From positions 85,376,001 through 85,440,000 of the forward strand of contig NC_087437.1 in the NCBI RefSeq assembly GCF_036321535.1: DNA of 64,000 nt, read 5' to 3'. The position numbers and the translations under genes are program-made. The notes beneath the pieces were generated by a model. That model made no database searches and was not told the origin of the DNA. It worked only from the letters and a program-made list of their open reading frames with translations. Below are positions 38,693-52,400 of this stretch, piece by piece (within the stretch, counting starts at the first letter, position 1; every line of letters starts with the position of its first letter). The stretch comes from Camelus dromedarius (taxonomy: Eukaryota).

Positions 38693-40587
38693 TGGGTGGT
38701 TCAGAGGTGAGAGGTCAGCGAGCACCTGAGGTGAAAGCCAGCTGCTCAGATGGAGCTCACCGGGCTGAACCAGTGGAGGGGTTGCTGTCTTCAGGAGTTT
38801 CTCACAGACCTCGGCTCATTTTCTTTTTACCTCCCCTGATGCTTTGTTATGGTTTTGTGATTCTATTTTGTATTAATTATCATGTGTGTTTTCTCCCATG
38901 TTTCCATGTATCCTTTGAAAATCCGTGCTCTTTGTCTCTCTACTTACGACCTTTTGAGCTATCCACCTCCCATCCCTTTTCCCCTCCCCTCTCCTTCTCT
39001 CCTGTCCCTCCCTTTCCTGCCAGAATTACTTGAAATTACAGACTCAGAGTTTTGTATTTGAATTTCCCTTCACTCTGTAAATGTTGGGTTTTTGGTTGCT
39101 GACATTCTAAGGTAGGTTTACTGGGACTGCATTCACCACTGTCCTCTTTGAATCTCACAATTCCAGTTCACGGTACATCTAATGTCTCCTCACATCGATA
39201 TCTCAATAGTCTGTGTTTCTTATTCCGTCTTCCTCCTTTTGAGAGATGGGACTGCCAGCAAAGTCAGTAAAGAAATGCTTCTGTTTTAAACAAAGTAAAA
39301 CAGCCTAAAGCAAATTGGAGAAGCCTTGGCTTCTGATGATTTGGCAGAAGACACCAAGAGAGGCTGAAACATCTGTAAAAATGCCACGAATTACCTATTA
39401 TTTTTCATGCTTGATTCTAGACTTAAGTAGTGCCCAAAGAGTCCTCACATTTTACAGGAGTCATGCACAGCTATATGAATAAATTAAGACTTGTTGATTT
39501 AACATTTGAAAAACAGACTTTGTCAAAATGCCATCTTTTTGGACCATATTTTAGATTCACTCACACACACACAAAATACTTCTATTTACTGTGTGTTCCT
39601 TCTTCAGAGCATTCTTTGTTCTATCCAATTCTCCCCCCTTTTGGCAACATTGTTCAACACTTTAAACAGTCTAGAGCTCAGGGAAAAAAAAGTCTGTATA
39701 ATATGACATTTGATAGGAGATGGGTCTTGGAACAAAAGAGACTGCATTCTGCATGCTGGAATTCAGTGCCAGTTTGGAATTACTGATATACTAAGAATAC
39801 TGAGGATATCAGAAGAGGCAATTGGAAACTATTAAGGAATATGTTACGTAAATATCATTTCACCTTTGTTCCACATTTGTTGTACATCTAAAGGGTCATA
39901 TTGATAAATTTTAGCAGAAGACCAACAAAAATGACTAGTTGGAGTAACAGAGCTAGAAAGATCGAGGTTTTTAAATGGCATATAGGCAGACTGACTATAA
40001 AGGACTGTCCTGGGGCCCATTAAAAAAAAGCCTGAGCCATAGTAAAAAACTTAAACCATTGAAATATGCAATAACAAATATTGCAGGTGATTTTCATGTG
40101 TATTCCTTGATCTGATTAATCAGTGTTTCAGTTGAAAGGATGGTTTTTCTGACTATTCAACATTGCATATGTCACTGCCTTCAAATGATGGCTTTAGTTT
40201 GTTTAACAGGTTTGTTTTCTGTAATGTAAAAGTAAAGATATTTGGGGGTATTCCACTTCTTATTCAACATATGTTTTACGTATAAAAATATATATTACAA
40301 AAAATAAAGCACAAAGAGCAAATATTACTTTTTAGTAAAGATTATGTTACATATTTAAAACGTAGTAAACACTCATAAAAAATTTTACAGAGAAAAAAAT
40401 AAAATTTTCTTACATTTCCCCAAAATAGAGGCACACAGTCCATAAGTTTTGTTTTCATTCTTCTGTCAATGCATTGACGTGTATCTCATACATATAAACA
40501 TGTTATACATACATGTATAATTCTAATTATTGTTTTATTATACTTCAAAATGGACATATGTCCATTTATTTTCAACTAGATGGTTGA

Positions 40588-40633
40588 AATATATATAAAT
40601 TTATATAATATATATATACATATAGACACACGT

Positions 40634-40667
<34 letters not shown>

Positions 40668-40686
40668 TATATATACACGCACACTA
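40588..40686. repeat. Compound (TA)n/(CA)n microsatellite
   Basis: Direct observation. Confidence 0.9.
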
Positions 40687-42499
40687 CAGAAAGGTAACCT
40701 TATTAAAGACATGGGATGCATGTGCTTAAAAAAAATGACCTTTCTGTAAGCACAGGAACCATAACTTCCCTGGGAATGTATGATCATCACACTCGGGCAA
40801 AGGAGAGGCTTGGTTTAAGGTGCTGGTAATTTCTTCCTAGATAAAACTTTAAAGGGTCAAATTAAATGTATAAACATTATTCTGAGGGTAGAGAAATCAT
40901 TGAATGGAAACAATAACAATCAAAAATGTATCATAACTCTCTTTAGAAACATGTTTATATACACTAAGAAGTGATTAGAGAGATTAGTGATTAATTGAAA
41001 TTTTCTACTTAGGAATACTACTTAAAATTTATGTTTTTATGACTCATTTTTAAAGGAAGGATACATTTATTCTATTCTGTCAATGATTTATCTTACTTTA
41101 TAATTCTACCACTGTTCCATCAATACTGCTTTCTTAGCTGCCTTTGAAAGTAAAACAACACTTGAAAGTGTGTGTATGGCTTTAAACAGATGGATGTTGC
41201 AAATGTGTAGCAAAAGAATTTGTGAATACACTCAACAACTATTCTGCTTATTCTTCTGCATCAAAAGAAGGAACTTTTAAAAAATAAGATAAAGATTGAC
41301 AAGGAAGTTAAACCTTGAGATTATTCAGAATAACATATGAAAGCCCCTAGATCACCAGTCCTCAAACCATAATTAATTTTAATATGAGGTACAAAGTAAA
41401 CTTTCAGATGATGTGGCTAAACCACCTTGAGTTTGTTTTTTTAAATGCATGTAAAATAAATCTTCAACTACTATGCTACTAGCTTTACCAAAGTTGCTTG
41501 TGAGAGCTACATCTTAATTAATTGCAAGTGGTTATACTGTTCATTATTACAAAAATAAATAAACATTTCAGATTTGAGAAGAAGACATCATAGGCACAAA
41601 AATCACAGGGAAGTTTTCTTAACTTTCCTGTAGCTAACCACAGCATAGTATGGTCATACAAGTCAGAATATTAGGACAGGAAAGATATACAGTTTCTTAC
41701 AATTACTCTGTATTTAGTTGATTTTCTTTAAATGACAAGCCAATTTGTAGTGCTATGATAACTCTTATTTAGCAGGTAATGGGCTTTTGTAATACTCACT
41801 GTAATTCCAACAATTGAGAAAATTATATCCACAGGACAATTTTATGAAGCACTTAGACACAAAGAATGTAAAACTACATTAACGTTATCTCTTCTTACTT
41901 GTCTGTAGCTGCTTTTTGATTTTTGTAAAACAGAAGAGAAATCATTTATGCATGTTAACAAAGGAAAATCTCCAAAAGGAAAGATAAATAATTGATAAGC
42001 TATTTCCCTGTGAAACAGTGATGAGAAAAATGCCATATGGTTTGTTGATGGGCTCTGAGTCAGAAAGCTTCAAATTCTTTTGGAAGAAAACAAAATTCCT
42101 ATAATAAATGTAAACAGCATTAACTATTTATGTTGCAAATACATTTTTACAAGCTGTTTCTCTATTACAAGCTAATAGCATAATTGTCAAATTTTATTTT
42201 TTTAACAAAGAAAAAAATCTTTACATAGGTCATGTGTTTCCTCCTCTTGCCAGAAACACTAAGGGTTTTTCTTCGGTCTGCACCATGAGAACTCAGTGGG
42301 TTTTTTGGAGATAAAACCCACAAAAATATGAAGGACCCCTTAAGATTATGTCCTCTAGTAGTATCTTACAATACTAGTCCATACTCTGCCTCCATCAAAT
42401 TGTTTTTACTGGTTTATTGCTCCAGAGGCTTCTGATATGGGTAATCTGATTCTGTCTTGTTTGCCTGACTCTTCAGATTAAGTGTGGTGGTTTGCCCTA

Positions 42500-43346
42500 T
42501 GTGACAGTTAATTTCATATGCCAACCTACCTGGGCCATGGGATGACCAGTTAGCTGGTTAAATATTTCTGAATGTGTCAGTGAAGATACTTCTTAAAGAG
42601 ACTAGCATTTGAATTGGTAGACTGAGTAGGCAGATCCCTGCCCCTCCATATGAGGGGGAATCATCAAATCCATTGAGAGTCTGAGTAGAACAAAAAGGCA
42701 GAAGAACACTGGATTCTCTCTCTGACTGACTGCTTGAGCTGACATATTGACCTTCTGCCTTTGGTTCTCCTGGTTCTTCCTAGAATCTAACACACTGGCT
42801 CTCTGGCTCTTAGCCTTTGAACTACACCACCAATTTTCTTAGATCTACAGCTTTGTTGGAGGGGGTAATCAAGAGGATATGACTGCTGGTTGACCCATGA
42901 CCTGGACCAGGACAATCAGAGGCTCCTCACCTCCTCCACCGTACTTGGAATGTATGTCCTGCTCTCCATTCTCACAGTAGGAGATGCCCCAAGGATTCAA
43001 CCTTGAGATAGTAATATGTTGGGACCACCTAGATAGTATATGTGACTGAGCCCAGTTAAGTCCTCTGTATAAACTCTGGGATTCTTGTCGGTGGGTGTGG
43101 AGATCTAGTTGTCTTGCTGCCACCCAAAACAAGCCTTGAAATTAAGTTCCCTTGCTTATGAAAACTGCCACCTGTCAACCTGGAGGAGTCTGTCTCTTTC
43201 CTAAGTCTCTCCTTGCTCTCCACATACAGGGGCCAATTTGTGAACCAAAAAGCAGAAAGCATGTCATGAAACTTCTCAGCCTCCAATAATTATGTGAGCC
43301 AATAAGATATTTGCCTTATAAATTATGCTTTAGAATATAGTTTTAA

Positions 43347-43390
<44 letters not shown>

Positions 43391-43423
43391 GGTTCTGTTT
43401 CTCTGCAAACTTTGACAAGTATA
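42500..43423 (+). mobile_element. MLT2 (ERVL) solo LTR with internal (CA)n, itself interrupted
   Basis: Start tgtgacagttaatttcatatgccaac; end ttggttctgtttctctg; perfect 5-bp TSD cccta at 42495-42499 and 43424-43428. Confidence 0.92.
42854..43249 (+). mobile_element. Second solo LTR nested in MLT2, family uncertain
   Basis: Starts tgttgg, TATAAA at 43068, ends gaaccaa; MLT2 sequence resumes on both sides. Confidence 0.8.
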
Positions 43424-43609
43424 CCCTACAACCTCATTCCACTGATGAGTTTTTTTAAAAAGTCACTAATTTTCAGCTTATAGCTTTTAACTTGGTGTAA
43501 GGATGGGCATGACAACATCCAAGCACTTTACATGTTGGAGGTGGAAGTGGAAGTCTCTATATAGCATTTTTAATTATTAAATTAGAATATAAAATTATGT
43601 TTGGGGTGA

Positions 43610-44040
43610 AAATTTGGGTTAACAGACTCCACTGAGGATGAAAATTCATACATGTTGGTGCAAACATTTTGGAGAACACTATCGTGACAACTATCAAAAT
43701 TAAAACTGAACTGGCTCTAGCATATATGCATAAGGATATTTGAATATGGGAATCTTTGTAATAGCAGCAGAAACAACATATATGTCCAACAATAAAAATG
43801 GTTAAATTAATGATAGTTATATTATAAAACAGAAAAATATTCAACAGGGAAGAATAGTGAGATGTACATATATGGGCTGATATGGAAAGAACAAAAACAT
43901 ATTGCTATGGGGCAAAAGTAAGTAAAAGAATTGAACCTCTATAAATCTCATTTATATTAAAATATGCACATACACATACATAATAGAAATGTATAAAATA
44001 AACTTCATATGTATTTTATATATGCATGTATATATTTTTT
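43610..44040 (+). mobile_element. L1ME-grade 3' fragment
   Basis: tcatacatgttggtgcaaacattttggag...atatgtccaacaata...catatatgggctgatatggaa. Confidence 0.6.
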
Positions 44041-44204
44041 GTTCCTTAGCTTAAAACATTCCTTATTGTTTAGTTTGAGATGAATAGAATCAACATTCAA
44101 CATCCCAATCGTACCTCCTACCTATTAGGCCATGATTTAGGCTTTCTGATATCTACTCATAAATACATGGCTAATATACATAAGTGATGTTTATCCCTTA
44201 TATA

Positions 44205-44315
44205 CAACAGAATAATCTGGAGCTCCATACCAGACCATTTGAATCAGAATTATTTGAGCAAAATCCCAGGCATGGGTATCCTTAATAGCATCTCTAGTGA
44301 GAGTTATTCCTATAC
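44205..44315. mobile_element. MER5-like hAT-Charlie DNA transposon remnant
   Basis: ctggagctccataccagaccatttgaatcagaat...cccaggcatgggtatccttaatagc. Confidence 0.6.
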
Positions 44316-44616
44316 ATGGATTTCTACTTAAATCAAGAAAAATTTCCTCTCCATTCTTAATACTATTTCCCTCTGAAATTCCAGTCAACATCCAAAGTCA
44401 AAGGGAACAGTTAAAAAAAAATGGCAGTAAAAAACACTAGAAGCTGTAATGCAGATAGGCAAGTAGTAACTTACTTAGCAAGCCAGAAAAAAATTGAAAT
44501 ATAAGGCTGCAATGGAGGGATGCAGCAAGCTAAGGCTTGCTTGAATCTTAGAAAACCCAGGAATGGATGACTCCCACTAACTAAACCAAGAGTTCAGATG
44601 CAGCTGCAACTAAGAG

Positions 44617-44836
44617 GTTAGGAGTTTGGGACTAGCAGACATGAACTACTACAAATAAAACAGATAAACAATAAGGCTCTACTGTATAGCACAGGGAACT
44701 ACATTCAGTATCTTGTAATAACCTGTAATGATAAATATGAAAAACAATATATACGTATAACTGAATCAATATGCTGTATACCAGAAACTAACACAACCTT
44801 GCAACACTGTAAGTCAACTATACTTCAGCAAAAAAA
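44617..44836 (+). mobile_element. 5'-truncated cetartiodactyl-type L1 3'UTR
   Basis: ggagtttgggactagcagac...actgtatagcacagggaactac...aactatacttca plus A-tail. Confidence 0.88.
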
Positions 44837-45290
44837 GAGAAAGTCTATTGGAAGATAGGCTTCTATTTTTCATTAGAAGTTTACAAAATACTTAATCTCT
44901 GAAAGTTATAGACAGTATAGTTATAGACAGTAAAAGAAACATAAAACCATTTACTTTAGGACAAAGCACAGTTAATGACTAAACTATAAAGAAGACTTTC
45001 TACTTTTACACTTACACTTCTACCATATTGCAATACTTTAGAGGAACATGTATTACTTGTGCAATTAATATTCTAAAGAGATTAAATCTTGCCAGTGTTC
45101 ATTATTTTGAAAGTAAGGTTGTATTTTCTATACTAAAATTTCAAGGACTGAACATTTAAAGTTTACATCTCTTCTACAAATTATAATAATAAATGTCATT
45201 ATTTATGAGTATAGTGAACATTTCTTAATTGTTTACTTATAGCTAAAAAACACAGAAGACTATGTTGTGATGTGCTATTCAAAATTCCCT

Positions 45291-45475
45291 TGCTATGGAC
45301 TGAATGTTTGTCTCCCTTTTCCCAAATTCCTATGTTGAAAGCATAGTCCCCAAAGTGATGATGTTTGGAGGTGGGATCTTTGTGAGGTAATTAGGGTTAG
45401 ACTAGGTTGAAAGGGTCAAGTCTTCATAATGGATTAACACTCTTATAAAAAGACAAAGAAAGACCAGATATCTAT
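45291..45475 (+). mobile_element. MLT1A-like LTR, 5' half
   Basis: tgctatggactgaatgtttg...tttggaggtggg...gaggtaattagggttaga. Confidence 0.85.
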
Positions 45476-45489
45476 TTCTGCATGCACTA

Positions 45490-45800
45490 CCTTTTTGCTG
45501 TTAACCCCTTCAGGGACGACCTCAACTGCAGAAAGTCATTTTGATCAAGGCCACAACCCATACTGGGGCAGGCTACATACTATGACTGATTGATATAGGT
45601 CATAAATGTCTGGACATCTTACACTCCCTAGTAACAACTATGAAGTCGTTCTAGCCCCAAACCTCTTCGTGGGGTTTTGGGATTACATCAGAGCTTGACT
45701 TTTCAATTTGTCCAGTCCTACCCCCTTTCCTTTCTTTCCATAGCTGTTGATCCCAAGGACATTTAAGCACACTAACTCCAACTCATAACCTGTATCTAAT
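45490..45800 (+). mobile_element. LTR16-like (ERVL) fragment
   Basis: ctcaactgcagaaag...caaggccacaaccc...gctgttgatcccaagg. Confidence 0.7.
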
Positions 45801-46179
45801 CTCCATAAGCTTTAAAGAGGTGGAGTATGGATTTTCATGTGTATAAGAATATTTTCCCGCTGACTTGTTTCTCTTCTGTTTAGACTGTGTTTGTTATGAT
45901 AAAACATACCATTAATCACAAGTTAACATTTTATGGATCATCAGAACCCAATCAAAAAGATGCTCTCATTCATTAAATTTGTGTCTCTCAAAGTAACTTA
46001 AAACTTTAGATAAAGTAATAGTTTGGTCATATTCTCTATTTGAGGCCTTGGCAAAATATACACTAATGGGTAACGAGTCTTGATTGAGATGAAGTAGAGA
46101 GACGCACTATAAAACTTAAAATTTCTGCATATAGATTGAGGAGCACCAATGATATTATGCCCACTGTTCTCTTCTAGTT

Positions 46180-49100
46180 TTTCTAAAATCAACTATAGCA
46201 TCAATAACTTAAATATGAAGTCTAAACACATCAATTAAAAAAGAGATAACCAGTATTGATTAATAAAAGTAAGACCCAACTATACGTTTCATAAAAGAAA
46301 TTCATCTTGAAGATTCAAATAGGTTCAAAATAAGGGGAAGGAGAAAGACATAGCATGCAACACTATTAGATTAAAAAAAAAAACCTCAAGTAAATATATC
46401 AGGAATAATATCTAAAGATATGAATCCTAGAAGTGTTTAAATGTAACAACAGAACACCAAAATACTTGAAGCAAAAACAGAGAAATGAAAGGAAAAATAG
46501 ACAAATCTACTAGTATAATCAGTAATTGATAAATCAAGCAGGCAGAAATTTAATAAGGATATAGATGATCTTCTCAGAAGGTGAGAACACTGTAGCATTA
46601 AACTATAAATCAGTAACACAAAGCAAGCTAGAAAACTTCCAAATACTTTAAAATTAAGTAACACACTTCCAAATAACACATGGATCAATGAGAAAGTTTC
46701 AACAGAATTTGAAATATCTTCTAAACTATATGAAAATGCATCTTAACACTTTGGGAATGCAGAAATGAAAGCATTTAGAGGGAAATTTATAGTATTAAAT
46801 TTATATATTAGAAAGTAGAAAGTTATAAAATCAAGAGTCTACCTTATATTTTAGGAAAATAGACAAATAAAATTAAGTTTAAAGGAAATAGCAGAATGGA
46901 GATAAGAAAAATAAGAGGAGAAATCCATTAAATTAAAATAAGGGCAATGACAGAGAAAATAAATGAAACCAAAAGCTGTTTCTTTTAACAGATTAATAAA
47001 ATTGAGAATCCTCTAATCTGGTTAACTAAGGGAAAAAAAATTGAGGCACAAGTTGTCAATACCAAAAATGAATAGGAGTCATCCCTACTGACCCAATGGA
47101 CATTAAAATAAAAATAAGTGAATATGCCAAGCAACTATGGGCCCCAAATTTTGATAACATACATTGAAATTGATTAAATTCCTTGAAAAATACAAACTGT
47201 TAAAACTTACATTAAGAAAAGGCATTAACCTGAACAGCTCATTATCTATGAAATAAATTGAAATAATTTAAACTCTTTCTTCCCTAAGAAATAAAGTACT
47301 AGACTCAAAATTTTATAAGTGAAATCTACCAAACATTTAACAAAGAAAAATAGCCATTTCCTCCCATATTTTCCAGAAAGTAGAAGAGAGAATACTTCTT
47401 AACTCATCTTGAGGTTAGTATTGTACTATTAAAATCATATAAAGGCATAAGAAAGGAAAACCACAGTCCAACATCTCTCATAAACATTGACATGAAAATC
47501 TTTAACAAAATATGAGGAAATCAAATCCAGAAATACATAAAAAAGAGTAACATAGCAAAACCAAGTTGAGTTTATTCCACAAATGCAAGACCCATTCAGC
47601 ATTTGTGTAGCAATCATTGTAATTTATCATATTATCAGACTAAATAACAAAAGCCCTTTAATATCAATAGATGTAGAAAAGCATTTGACAAATTTCAACA
47701 CCCTTTCGTGAAAAAACTAAAAAAACTAAAAAAACTAAGAGTAAAAGGTGAACTTCCATAAGCTAATAAAGGGAATATACCAAAGACAAAACAAAAACAG
47801 CTCAACTTATAGCCAGCTAATGGTAGGAAATGAATTACTTCTCTAAGAATTGGGAACAAATCGAGGAGGTTCTCTCTCAACAGTTTTTCAACATAACATT
47901 GGAAGTCCTAGTTAATGCAGTAAGACAAGAAGAAATGGAATGTATACAGCTAGGGAAGAAAGTATGGACTGTTTTTATTTGTAGATGGCAAGACTGTCTA
48001 TGTAGAAAAGCCAAAGAATCAACAACAACAACAAAAGTTCTGGAACTAAGTAGTGAGTTGGCAAAGTCAATAGATACACGGAAAATATACAAAAGTCAAG
48101 TGCTTTTCTATATGCCAGCAATGAATAAAAAGAACTGGAAATTTGAAAAAGTACCATTTGCAATAACATCAACGAATGAAAGAGGTAGAAATCTCACAAA
48201 AATATCATAGGTTCTTTATGTGGAAAACTACAAAACACCTAAGAAATAAAAGAAGATCTACATAAATGGAGCATTATTTTTCTCTATGGACTGGAAGACA
48301 CAACGTTGAAATGTCACTTCTTCTCAACTTGATCTGCAGATTCAAAATTTCAGTGAGTCCTTTTGTAAACATTGAAAAATCAATTATAAAATTGATCTGG
48401 ATAAGCAAAAAACCAAGAATAGTCAACATAATACTGAGCTGAATATTATGAAGAATAATATAATTGAAGAATAAAGTTGGAGGACACCTAGCACTTGCTT
48501 TCAAGACTTACTATAAAGCTGCAGTAATCATGACAGTGTAAGACTGGTGAAATAATATACACAAAGGTCATTGGAACAGAATAGAGAACCCAGAAACATA
48601 AAAATGTCGTCTGCTGAGATTTGTCAAAAGCAAAGGTAATTTAATTTAGGGAAGACAGTCTTTTCAAAAATTTGTGCTGGTATATATGCAAAAAACCCCA
48701 TATAAACAGATCTTATACAATACACAAAAATTATCTCAATTAGATCAAACCAAATATAAAAGGCAAAATATAAAACATCTAGAATAGAACCTAGGAGAAA
48801 GTCTAAATGATGTTGGGTTAAATAATGTTTTAGTTATAACAGCAAAAGCATAATCTATGAAGAAAGAAAAATGAAAAAATAGATTTATTAGAAGCTTTTG
48901 CTCTACAAAATACTGTTTAAAATATGGACAAGTCACAAGATGGATCTCATAAAGGACTTGAATCCAAAATATACAAAGATTTATTAAAAATCAACAAAAG
49001 AAAATAAAAATCCAATTATAGACAGAAGATCTGAACATTCACTACACCAAAGACAATATGCAGATGGCAATTAAGCATGAAGACATGCTCATTACTATGT

Positions 49101-50130
49101 CATTAGGGGAATACATTTTGAAACAAGATAAATTAGCCACTAAACATCAATAAGGCCATAAAACTTTGAAAGTTTGATAAAGAAAATTATATTGACAAGC
49201 CTAAACATACTTTCCCACAAAGACTGTATCTTGTACGATTCCATAGAAATATCTACAATAGCAAAACTTTTGGGGAAAAAAACGTAGATTAGTGGTTGCC
49301 TTCAGCTGGGAGTGAAATGAAAATTGATTACAAATGTGCATAAAGATCTTTTGGGGAAGGTGGTGAAAATACTTTACAGTGGATTATGATAATGCTTGCA
49401 TAACTCTGCAAATTTATTAGAAATCATTGAATTGTACATTTAGGTAGGTAAATTTTATGGTATTTTATGGTAAATTATATACCTCAATAGAGATGTCAAA
49501 AGACTTTCTCACAAAGGGAAAAAGGGTAACTTTACAATAAAGAAATTACCAAGCACCGCTTAATCAGGTGATTGAATTTAACGTTATCCATAATGGAACA
49601 AATCAAAGTCATATAACACCTAACCAGAAGCAGTGAAACAAACAAAACATCACACCTGTCATATTTCTGGCAAAAATGCATAAACTGAATCTAATAAAAT
49701 ATTAAATAAACCCCAATCAAGGAACATTCTTTAAAATAACTTACCTGTAATTTCCAAAAATGTCACAGTCACAAATTTCAAAAAACAAATGATTAACTGC
49801 TACAGATGAAAGGAGAATAAGGAGATGATATAACTAAATAGAATGTGTGATCTGAATTATATCCTACTTGTGTAAAGGACATTATGGCAACAACTGAAAC
49901 TTGAAAGGATCCTAAAGATTACATGATAATCATGAATCACTGTTAATTTCCTGATTTTGGTGATTATACGTGGATACATAGGAGAACATACTTACTCGTA
50001 AGAAATTCATGCCGAAGTATTTATAGGAGATGAGGCATTTTGTCAGAAACAGTCTCAAATTGTTCATGAAAAATATGGTGCTATTTCTACTCCATTATTA
50101 TAAGCTTAAAGTTATTTCCAAGTAAGAAGA
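46180..50130 (+). mobile_element. Old L1 (L1MC/MD grade) ORF2 and 3'UTR, with a separate L1 3' end at ~49190-49500
   Basis: ORF2 remnant FFNITLEVLVNAVRQE; 3'UTR aaagggaaaaagggtaactttaca...atgttaatttcctgattttg-like sequence. Confidence 0.88.
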
Positions 50131-50289
50131 AAAATATGACTGTTGAGTTTTAGTAGACAAATTATCAGGAATCAACAAACTGCTGTATATATCATATTAA
50201 AATGCTAATAGTAAAGACTGTCTTTCAACGTTCTGTTGCAGAGAACAGCAAGGACTAAGTTACCAAGCATTCACTGAGCACTTAGAATA

Positions 50290-50545
50290 TGCATCGTATC
50301 AGAAAATTCAGGACGCTTCTCCTACCTTGAAGCCACGGGTTCCCCACAGCGGCAGTGCCCCTGTCCTCACTCTCACCTCTCAAGCCGAGTCCTCAGCAGA
50401 CGGAGCTTCCAGGGAGCCTCCGCTGGTTGTTCCCGTCTTATGAGTTCACACTGGCATCCGGCGTTTGCAGGGAAAAAAAAATTAACATTGGCTCTTAAGA
50501 ACAGCTCTCTTATCCAGAACCGGCTGGCTGTTACCCGAAGCCCTT
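50290..50545 (-). promoter_or_regulatory. CpG-retaining unique patch; candidate promoter or first exon of the minus-strand gene
   Basis: About 12 CpGs in 250 bp against a CpG-depleted background; donors GAG|gtgaga (50377/50376) and AAG|gtagga (50326/50325). Confidence 0.4.
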
Positions 50546-50599
50546 TGATTCTGAAGAGGCTTTTTCCCTGCTTGCTTGCCCCACTTGTTATCTAACAAA

Positions 50600-52400
50600 T
50601 GTTAAAATCAGAAACAAATGGAGACCAGCCTGGAAAATTCCCTGAGCAGATGAAACCAGTTTAGTCTCACAAAGCTTAATTTAGCTTACTTTGCAAGACT
50701 AACTTGACTTGGGTTATTCCTTGCTTGTGCTTCTGGAAACCATAAGCAACACTTAAAGTGTTTCCCAAGGTTAATATTGAGGGAAACGTTGACTAAATTG
50801 CTATCATTTAATAAAAATTTAAATAACCAATCACTATGAAAAATAAACACTGTCTCCTCACTATATAAATGGACTGGTAGTAATATACCCCTGAGCCTCA
50901 TTCCGTGTTTTGATTTGAATGCTGCTAGCTCAAGAATTATCTTTTTGGTGTATGCATTTTGAGCTCTTCACCTTTATTGTGCATGCCTGTATTTCATTTG
51001 TCGAAGCTTCTGGGTAAGTAACCCTTTTCTATTTAAAAGGCCGTGGGGGGTGGGTGGGAGAAACACGTGATTCCCTGTATTTTGAAACAGCTGTTAGAAA
51101 ACAGGAACCCCCCCACCCCCCTCAGAGTTAAGCTACCTTAAGAAATCTAGAGGCAAAGATGGGTTCCACCTGGACTATGGACTGGGTTCTTGTGTCCTTT
51201 TGGAAAATGGATGAACCTTTGGATAATTTGGAATTCTAGTAGCCACTTTGGGGAAACTTTAATTTAGATAAATCCACCTTTGGGGCACCCTCAAAAGAGA
51301 GGATTCCAAATCCCTCAGAGATGTTGTAATTAATTCTTTAATTGGTATGTTGATGTTTCTAAAAGACAAAATGACCCCAAAATTAGCTCTAAAAGGATCC
51401 TTACAGTATGCAAATAAAAAAATCTTTAGTAAAAAACATTGGCCATATGAGCAGGTGAGTTTAACTTAATCCATCCACCAGAAACACAATTTGTATCCGA
51501 ACATTCTTTTGAATTTTGTAACTGAGATAGGACTAAGATTTTTAAAACAAAAGCTGTAAGATCTCTGTGTCTGTCTGCATGTTTATGTATGTCTCTGTGT
51601 GTATATTATGTATGTGTGATATTTTTCAAAGAGCTCTATTTAATTGGTTAAATTTTGGCTCCTGGGACTCTCTGATCTGGGGAATTTTTCAATCTTTGAC
51701 TATTATTCTCCTTATAGTCATCATACTGATCTCTCTGCTGCTTTTTATACTCTCAAAGGTTTTAAATGACTGTCGGTAGCCACTCACATGCCACATGGTA
51801 TGTATCAGGATCAGACAACTGGATGAATCAATGATAATCACATAAGTGATGGAGATCATGACTTAACCACCCTCTAGCCTGACGATTCAACTACTAAAAA
51901 CAGCGAATATGCGATTCTTTGGTTGGACTACATCAATGGTAGTTGGTCAGACTCTCAGAATACCAAAAGAATAACCAAAAGCAGGGATTGTTAAAATAAA
52001 AAATAGAGACCAGCCTTGAAAGTTCCTTAAATACACAAAACCAGTTTAGTCATACTAACAGAGCTTAATTTAGCTTATTTTGCAAGACTAACTTGGCCTG
52101 AGTCACTCCTTGTTTATGCCTCCGGAAATGAGAAGCAAAACTTTGTTTCCTCAGGTTGATATGCGGTAACCACTGACCAATTCCCTACCACTTAAGACAA
52201 TTCTAATGTTACAACCAATCACTATGAAGAATAAACAGTCACTGCCTCCTACTATATAAACTGTTTCATAAGAATATATCCCTGAGACTTGTTCCATGTT
52301 TTTGTTTCATGAACTGTCTTTTGGTGTGTATACAATAAACTTATAATCGCTACTTTGACGATTCATTGGTTTTACTTCGGCCATTTCTGAACTTTTGATA
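50600..52400 (+). mobile_element. Internally deleted ERV1 provirus (MER4/MER34 group-like): partial 5'LTR, gag remnant, env TM remnant, PPT, 3'LTR
   Basis: Homologous LTRs 50600-~50957 and 51989-52400 (both start tgttaaaat and share agcttaatttagctta.tttgcaagactaactt and aaccaatcactatgaa); purine tract before 51989; hydrophobic TM-like peptide at 51635-51779. Confidence 0.88.

Larger units (their letters stand above)
42230..43557 (-). mobile_element. Ancient L1M 5'-end fragment, split by MLT2
   Basis: Minus strand starts gagacttccacttccacctccaacatgtaaagtgcttgga, resembling old L1M 5' ends; continues across the MLT2 insertion. Confidence 0.7.
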
